From the human T2T-CHM13v2.0 reference genome, Homo sapiens, in assembly GCF_009914755.1 (NCBI RefSeq), contig NC_060931.1: a DNA stretch of 64,000 nt. One strand, 5' to 3'. The position numbers and the translations under genes are program-made. Below, piece after piece: positions 60,157 to 64,000 of the stretch. How positions within the stretch are numbered: position 1 is the first letter of the stretch; each line of letters opens with the position of its first letter. The notes beneath the pieces are model-generated. The model was not told the origin of the DNA. It saw only the letters and a list, made by a program, of their open reading frames with translations, and did not search any database.

Positions 60157-61454
60157 GGTGGGTGTGGGGTTGGATGGCCTTCCAGAAGATTCTGTTCTGA
60201 GTGACCTTGGGAAGCCAGGCTGTGACGTTGGAATGAAGGTCCAGAGATGACTGTGTACGAAGGGAAGGTCGAATGTGGGTGGGCAGGGGACAGGGCTTGC
60301 TGTGTTTCTGGCATTCAATGTCCACTGTGATGGAGGAAAAAAACTCTTCCTGAATTCCAGGGGGAATTTTGAGTGATGTCAGGAGAAGCAGTCACACAGG
60401 TGTGCAATGCATGTTTGCCAAGACAGCCGCATAAGCCATCGGCAGGAATCAAGGTACAGGAAGGGCTTCCTGGGGTACTCAGTTGGGAAAGGGGTGCTTT
60501 GGAGTAGCTGGGAGGGCTGGAGCACTTAGAACACTTAGCCCGCTGGGAGTCACTCCATGGACAGAACATGATAAGGCAAAGGCCACATGGAGGACCTGAA
60601 CACCTCTGGGTGACCTCAGACAGTCACTTCTGGTCTCTGGTCTCCGTCTCCTGTTCAATCATCAAAGCTGTTTACCGACTTCCAAGAGTCACTGTAAGTC
60701 CCAAGTGTGGCGACAGGCGTGCAGGAAACTCACACACTATAAATTCCCTTTCAAAAGTCAAGAGGAAGCCGGGGGAGTGGACGTTGGTCTAGACTGCTGT
60801 GACATTTCTGAAGCTCCTCTGAAAATCCACCACCATCCGCACTGTGCCAGGAAGAGCCTCTGTCTGAGGACAGCCATTGAGAAGTGGACAAGAGTGGGTA
60901 CATTTACAATTTGCAGAGAGGAGAAAAACAAAAAAAGGAAGAAAAACAGTCATCCGCGCTGGCTGGCTCACGGTCACACACATTTCTGGGTCCTTCCCCA
61001 GCAGGCAATGACATCTGGTAACCCCATTGTCTGCTATCTGCAGGGAAGAAAGTGTTAGACACGAGGGCAGATGGAGTTTGCCTAACGTGTCTGTTCTCTT
61101 CTTTGCTGCCTTTTCAACTCTTCTTGGGAATGCAGCAAAATAGCAGCTGTTCATAATTTCATGAATAAAGAACTATGTAAATTTCAACTATGAAAATGTG
61201 TTGCGTCTCTTGTGGGCAAAGTGTGGTGTATGCTCCTGCGCCGTCTCTATTTCCATCTCGTGCGCATGTTGGAGTTTATCTAAACGGCACTCTCTGGGTA
61301 GCTGCTCAGTTTCAGATTCAGACTTGGCTAATTCATGACAAACGGCTTCGAGAACTATCCCTGCTTAGCCAGAGCAACAGGCTTGGAGGCCAAGCTCTCA
61401 GGGTTGCAATTCAAGGCCCATCGCCTCTGAGTAGGATGTCAGTCTCTTCTCTAT

Positions 61455-61480
61455 GCCTTCCTTCCTTTTCTTTCTTTCCT

Positions 61481-61539
<59 letters not shown>

Positions 61540-61620
61540 CTCTCTCTCTCTTTCTCTCTCTCTCTTTCTTTCTTTCTTTCTCTCTCTCTCTCTTTCCTTC
61601 CTTCCTTTCTTTCTTCTTTC

Positions 61621-61628
<8 letters not shown>
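61455..61628 (+). repeat. (TTTC)n/(TC)n microsatellite (tail of a minus-strand Alu)
   Basis: directly visible. Confidence 0.95.
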
Positions 61629-62987
<1,359 letters not shown>

Positions 62988-63097
62988 TCAGCCCCTTAAA
63001 AGGAGGAGTTTTCTGGTGATGCTCCAGAGATGGACCAGGCTGCTCTGGAAGGATGAGGGCAGAGTCCTGGTTTCCAGTTGGTTAGGGTGCTGCAGAG

Positions 63098-64000
<903 letters not shown>

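Overview
Primate (human-like) non-coding genomic DNA that is extremely Alu-dense: about 100 Alu copies or fragments counted by eye, roughly 40% of the window, many nested and with recognisable target-site duplications (TSDs). Older repeats include L2, MIR, L1M fragments, LTRs (LTR33/16-like, MER21, MST, MER31, THE1, MLT2A) and hAT DNA transposons (MER30B, MER53, MER5A, and a fossil Tip100/Zaphod-type transposase at ~30.5-32.8 kb). No protein-coding gene can be supported; nearly all supplied ORFs are Alu or low-complexity artefacts. The main unique feature is a CpG island at ~19.5-20.1 kb with a (GCC)n(TCC)n tract, GC boxes and two co-oriented CTCF-like motifs. Several repeat-free AT-rich islands look enhancer-like, and a few carry short minus-strand exon-like signals. 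I cannot name the locus and see no convincing novel biological system. The best leads are a CpG-rich patch inside the ancient transposase, a microhomology-fused THE1/MLT2A chimeric LTR, 135-bp-periodic multimeric Alus, a template-switch scar and a MER53 (miR-1302-type) hairpin. Repeat family names come from recalled consensus sequences, not a database search. Boundaries are approximate (about 10-20 bp) unless stated.
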